Shown here: positions 28,766 through 32,000 of the stretch, piece by piece
Position numbering within the stretch: position 1 is the stretch's first letter
How the letters are laid out: each line of letters begins with the position of its first letter
Source: Desulfobulbus propionicus DSM 2032
GTDB taxonomy: Bacteria; Desulfobacterota; Desulfobulbia; Desulfobulbales; Desulfobulbaceae
Assembly: GCF_000186885.1 (NCBI RefSeq)
Contig: NC_014972.1
Span: 1,560,001 to 1,592,000, forward strand
Direction: 5' to 3'
Length of the DNA stretch: 32,000 nt
Position numbers and translations under genes: made by a program
Notes under the pieces: model-generated
Told to the model about the DNA's origin: nothing
Databases searched by the model: none
What the model saw: the letters and a program-made list of their open reading frames with translations, nothing else

Positions 28766-28948
28766 ATGGAACTCAACCACAATCAAGCGGCACTCATCCT
28801 CTCCGCCTCCGAGGATGGTGAAATTACCATGGATGTTGAGTCCCCGGATATGAACGGACTCGCCAGTGCGTTGTGCCACGCGCTGGCCAAAAAATTGATG
28901 CAGGATGAGCGATTTCAGGCGGAACTGATGGAGGTGCTAGGGAGATGA
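28766..28948 (+). CDS. Small hypothetical protein (60 aa)
   Basis: Starts 1 nt after the upstream ORF stop; MELNHNQAALILSASEDGEITMDVESPDMNGLASALCHALAKKLMQDERFQAELMEVLGR. Confidence 0.55.
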   Translation: MELNHNQAALILSASEDGEITMDVESPDMNGLASALCHALAKKLMQDERFQAELMEVLGR

Positions 28949-29253
28949 ATTGGGGGGCAAAGAGAGTTTTTCATGAGCAATACCCCCATGGTGTGATGAA
29001 ATGCAAAATGTATGCACCCCAAGTCCAGGTATCAAACCGGAAGCGCCTTTTCGGTTCAAGGTATTTGGAGTGTCCAAGATGCGCACGGATAAGGTGGACT
29101 CCTTTTGCCAAGGTAAAAACGATTGTAAGGGAAAATAAGCGCTTTTTCTCAATTTCTATTGATAAAAGAGCTTCTGTCCATTATAAAAAGAAAAATAAAT
29201 AATAATTGGGGTCCAGAAACATTTCGCGTTTCTGGAGGTTTTCTTGTTAGCCG

Positions 29254-29299
29254 GGCCGCTAACCGAAGCGTAAATGCTTCTGTTAGCGGCCTTTTTTTT
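29254..29299 (+). terminator. Strong intrinsic terminator
   Basis: GGCCGCTAAC-cGAAGC-gtaaat-GCTTC-tGTTAGCGGCC followed by TTTTTTTT. Confidence 0.85.
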
Positions 29300-29390
29300 A
29301 TCTTTATGCGGGAAAAAACATAATTAATAGCTCCCTAACTGAAGCGAATCATTTTTTTGATTGTAAAAAAGAATGATTCATTGATCAACC

Positions 29391-29903
29391 ATGAAGATAG
29401 ATAAGATCAGTATGTCTACGAGCGCTAAACGATCAAATCTTGGGAGAAAACCCAAGTTCCAAGAACCAAGTTCTTCTATAACAATCACCCTTCCTGATCG
29501 CATTTTACAACAGCTGAACATGGTTGATGCTGATCGGGCCAAAGGAATCGTTAAGTGTGTTGAAAATACACTGTCGAATGAAATTGATAAAAAATTAAAA
29601 ATATTAAAAATTTCAGAACAAGAAGGTGTGCTGACTATAGGTCCATGTAATATTCTTAAACAAATTCCTCATATAAAATTGATAGAGATATCTCCATTGC
29701 ATTACATTGTTTCAAAACCAGTTGGAACAACATTCGAAATGATCGAAATAGCAATTATTGACTTGCTTGAAAAAATTGGCGACGATCAAGCCGAAGAAAA
29801 AGAGATTTTGGTGAATATTAGAAAATATCTCAAAAAGCATCGAGAAAAAAATGCCTTGCAGACAAGAGAAATTATTCTTTTCAATGTTCAGGAAGAGGCT
29901 TAA
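29391..29903 (+). CDS. Hypothetical AT-rich protein with possible N-terminal ribbon-helix-helix
   Basis: 170-aa ORF (SSSITITLPDRILQQLNMVDADRAKGIVKCVENTL resembles an RHH/CopG beta strand plus helices) with an uncharacterised C-terminal domain. Confidence 0.6.
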   Translation: MKIDKISMSTSAKRSNLGRKPKFQEPSSSITITLPDRILQQLNMVDADRAKGIVKCVENTLSNEIDKKLKILKISEQEGVLTIGPCNILKQIPHIKLIEISPLHYIVSKPVGTTFEMIEIAIIDLLEKIGDDQAEEKEILVNIRKYLKKHREKNALQTREIILFNVQEEA

Positions 29904-30012
29904 GAAAAAAATAAAGGAAATTTTTAACCTTGCATCACTGAGAGTGTCAGGCTCTGTCGTTTTTTCATGATCGTCTTTCCGCTACAATTGCTAACCGATA
30001 GCGTGGAAAGCA

Positions 30013-30606
30013 TTATAACCACCGACTAAGAACGTTTTTGATTCGCGAAGAAAAACGTTCAACTTCTTCGTTTGTAAGTGATTCTGCCTTATACAGTGAC
30101 AGCATTTTAAACCGACAGCGCCGCGCACATGCGCCCAACAAAGCAATTCTGAGAATCCGTTTGACCGGTTGCCACAACATCAGGCGATCCACCCACCAGG
30201 GCGAACCAAGTGTAGTGATGGCAAGCATTCTTTGAAGATTGCGGAGCCTCGGTTGTATCGGTCCGAGATCGGACGCATGATCATAGGCAACTCCGGGCGC
30301 CCATACACGATCAAACCAGCCTTTTAAAATTGCAGGAAATCCGAACCACCATGTGGGAAATACAAGAATGATGGCCTCGGCACTGAGCAACTGTGAGATT
30401 TCTTCTTTGACGGAATCAGCGTGGAACGAGGGGCTGTAGTAACTTCGGCGTTCGCTTTCCGTAAGCGAAGGCGAGAACTTGTCTAGATATAAATCTGTAC
30501 TAATTACATCATGCCCGCTATCGACCAAGGTTTGTATGGCCGCACGCGCCAGGCAGTGACACAGACTGTCAGGTAGAGGATGTGCGATGACGACAAGACA
30601 TTTCAT
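30013..30606 (-). CDS. Flavodoxin-fold NAD(P)H oxidoreductase (NQO/KefF-like)
   Basis: MKCLVVIAHPLPDSLCHCLARAAIQTLVDSGHDVISTDLYLDKFSP...FPTWWFGFPAILKGWFDRVWAPGVAY. Confidence 0.83.
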   Translation of the reverse strand: MKCLVVIAHPLPDSLCHCLARAAIQTLVDSGHDVISTDLYLDKFSPSLTESERRSYYSPSFHADSVKEEISQLLSAEAIILVFPTWWFGFPAILKGWFDRVWAPGVAYDHASDLGPIQPRLRNLQRMLAITTLGSPWWVDRLMLWQPVKRILRIALLGACARRCRFKMLSLYKAESLTNEEVERFSSRIKNVLSRWL

Positions 30607-30947
30607 AACAGGGCGGCCGATCGGTTCCGGTGCCTGCGCAGGAAAATTATGTTTCCGCACAACAGGTCGGATTTTTTATGAATACCCCCTGGCCTCCTGT
30701 TCTCGAGGCTATCGCGCTGGGAACCAGGGGCACCGGGAGTTATAAGCCGGTGTCATCTTTTTAGGGTAAAGATTATAAAGAACGCCGGAATACAAACAGG
30801 AAATTTTGGCCTCGCAAAGAGTTCAATATCCCGTCCTCAGAATTTGCAACCTCAAGGCCAACAATCAATACTCCGTTAGTGTGCCCCAAGTGTGACCTGG
30901 ATTTTTATTCCCAGGTCACTTTTACTTTCTATCTATCTGAAATTTTG

Positions 30948-31024
30948 TGGAGCCGATAACCGGACTTGAACCGGTGACCTACTGATTACGAATCAGCCGC
31001 TCTACCAAACTGAGCTATATCGGC
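30948..31024 (-). tRNA. tRNA-Thr (anticodon CGT), CCA encoded
   Basis: Minus strand GCCGATA-TA-GCTC..GAGC-G-GCTGA-TTCGTAA-TCAGT-AGGTC-ACCGG-TTCAAGT-CCGGT-TATCGGC-T-CCA folds as a cloverleaf; anticodon loop TTCGTAA. Confidence 0.93.
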
Positions 31025-31100
31025 CTTGGAAGGTGTGGGACGCGCATGGGATGCTTTGAGGTTTTATCATGTAGCAATTTTATGGTACAGTGTCAAGGTT

Positions 31101-32000
31101 ATGAAACGCTCTTTGCTGCTGTTCATCATTCTCCTTGTTCTGACTAGCTGCCGTCCGGACGAAAGCCCTCCGCAACAACAGGCTGGGGGGACTGCAGTTG
31201 TTCAACCGGCGGCAGAAGTACCGGTCAAAAAGGGGTGCGGCGGCTGCCACGGCACGGTGCTCCTCGATCCGGCCCACCAGCAACTGGCCTGCGTATCCTG
31301 TCATGGTGGCGAGGATGATGAATCGCGGATCGACAAAGCCCATGCCGGACTAGTCGCCAGGCCCAGTCATCCAAGCCATGCCGCTGCAACCTGCGGTTCA
31401 TGCCATCCCCGGCAGGTGGCGGATGCCGCTCAGGCCACGCACTATACGTTGGCAAACAAGATCAACCAGATTCGCCATCATTTCGGTGCCAGGGATACGC
31501 TGCGCGCGCCGGGGGAAATTCCAGTCACCACCCCGCCCGCCACCCCGATCGCCTTGGTCGACGACCTGCTCCGTCGGCGGTGCCTGCGTTGCCATGTCTA
31601 TACCTCCGGGGACGATTATCCGGCCGTCACCCACGGCACCGGGTGCGCCGCCTGCCATCTCGCCTTCGACAACGGCAAGATGAAAAGCCACGCCTTTGCC
31701 ACTCCCACCGACAAACAGTGCCTGAGTTGTCATTACGGCAACTATGTGGGTAGCGATTATTACGGTCGGTATGAGCACGACTACAATTGGGAATACCGCA
31801 CCCCTTATTTTTCTACGACCGAACACAACACCGCTCCCCGGCCCTATGGTGTCGAAAGCCACGATCTGTCCCCTGATCTGCATCGGCAGCGCGGTCTGGT
31901 CTGTATCGACTGCCACCCGAGGAATGGCCACCACATCAAGAAAACGATCGACTGCCGCAGCTGTCATGGCTGGCAGCCTGGCCAGCCGTTGCCGCCAACG
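31101..32000 (+). CDS. Multiheme c-type cytochrome lipoprotein, 3'-truncated by window edge
   Basis: Open frame from ATG 31101 to the window end, absent from the supplied ORF track. MKRSLLLFIILLVLTSC lipobox; eight CxxCH motifs in window (CGGCH, CVSCH, CGSCH, CLRCH, CAACH, CLSCH, CIDCH, CRSCH). Confidence 0.88.
   Translation, partial: MKRSLLLFIILLVLTSCRPDESPPQQQAGGTAVVQPAAEVPVKKGCGGCHGTVLLDPAHQQLACVSCHGGEDDESRIDKAHAGLVARPSHPSHAAATCGSCHPRQVADAAQATHYTLANKINQIRHHFGARDTLRAPGEIPVTTPPATPIALVDDLLRRRCLRCHVYTSGDDYPAVTHGTGCAACHLAFDNGKMKSHAFATPTDKQCLSCHYGNYVGSDYYGRYEHDYNWEYRTPYFSTTEHNTAPRPYGVESHDLSPDLHRQRGLVCIDCHPRNGHHIKKTIDCRSCHGWQPGQPLPPT

Noticed and set aside
29254-29299. Inverted repeat considered as a mobile-element end
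   Set aside because: The stem is directly followed by eight T residues and no transposase is near, so it is best read as an intrinsic terminator.
1-32000. CRISPR arrays, transposases, phage genes, toxin-antitoxin or other defence loci
   Set aside because: No regularly spaced direct repeats, Cas, integrase or transposase-like proteins, or recognisable defence domains were seen in either strand's translations.

Overview
This 32 kb window looks like the chromosome of a sulfate-reducing Desulfobulbales-type bacterium. This lineage guess is an inference from sat, nap and AOR content. Left to right it contains: the C-terminal part of dissimilatory sulfate adenylyltransferase (sat); aroB; a small FmdB-type zinc-ribbon protein; a divergently transcribed two-component system (heme-motif sensor kinase plus NtrC-type sigma54 activator); a periplasmic nitrate reductase operon (NapM-like tetraheme cytochrome, napA, napD, napG, napH); an orphan branched-chain-amino-acid-type binding protein; ndk; a Met/His-rich periplasmic protein; an ABC-F ATPase; a secreted hypothetical; a divergent LysR/MFS pair; a TetR regulator with a neighbouring AhpD/CMD-like gene sharing a near-identical 15-bp palindromic operator; a cobalamin riboswitch with terminator upstream of a TonB-dependent receptor; an acetolactate-synthase-like TPP enzyme near an AOR-family tungsten oxidoreductase and its 4Fe-4S partner; two small hypotheticals; an AT-rich ribbon-helix-helix-like protein; a flavodoxin-fold NAD(P)H oxidoreductase; tRNA-Thr(CGT); and a truncated lipoprotein cytochrome with at least eight CxxCH motifs, which the supplied ORF track misses because it runs off the window. 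I found no CRISPR array, transposase, or recognisable defence or secretion system. The best leads are the TPP/AOR/ferredoxin neighbourhood, the nap operon with its candidate sigma54 promoter and heme-sensing regulator, and the AT-rich RHH-like gene flanked by inverted repeats.
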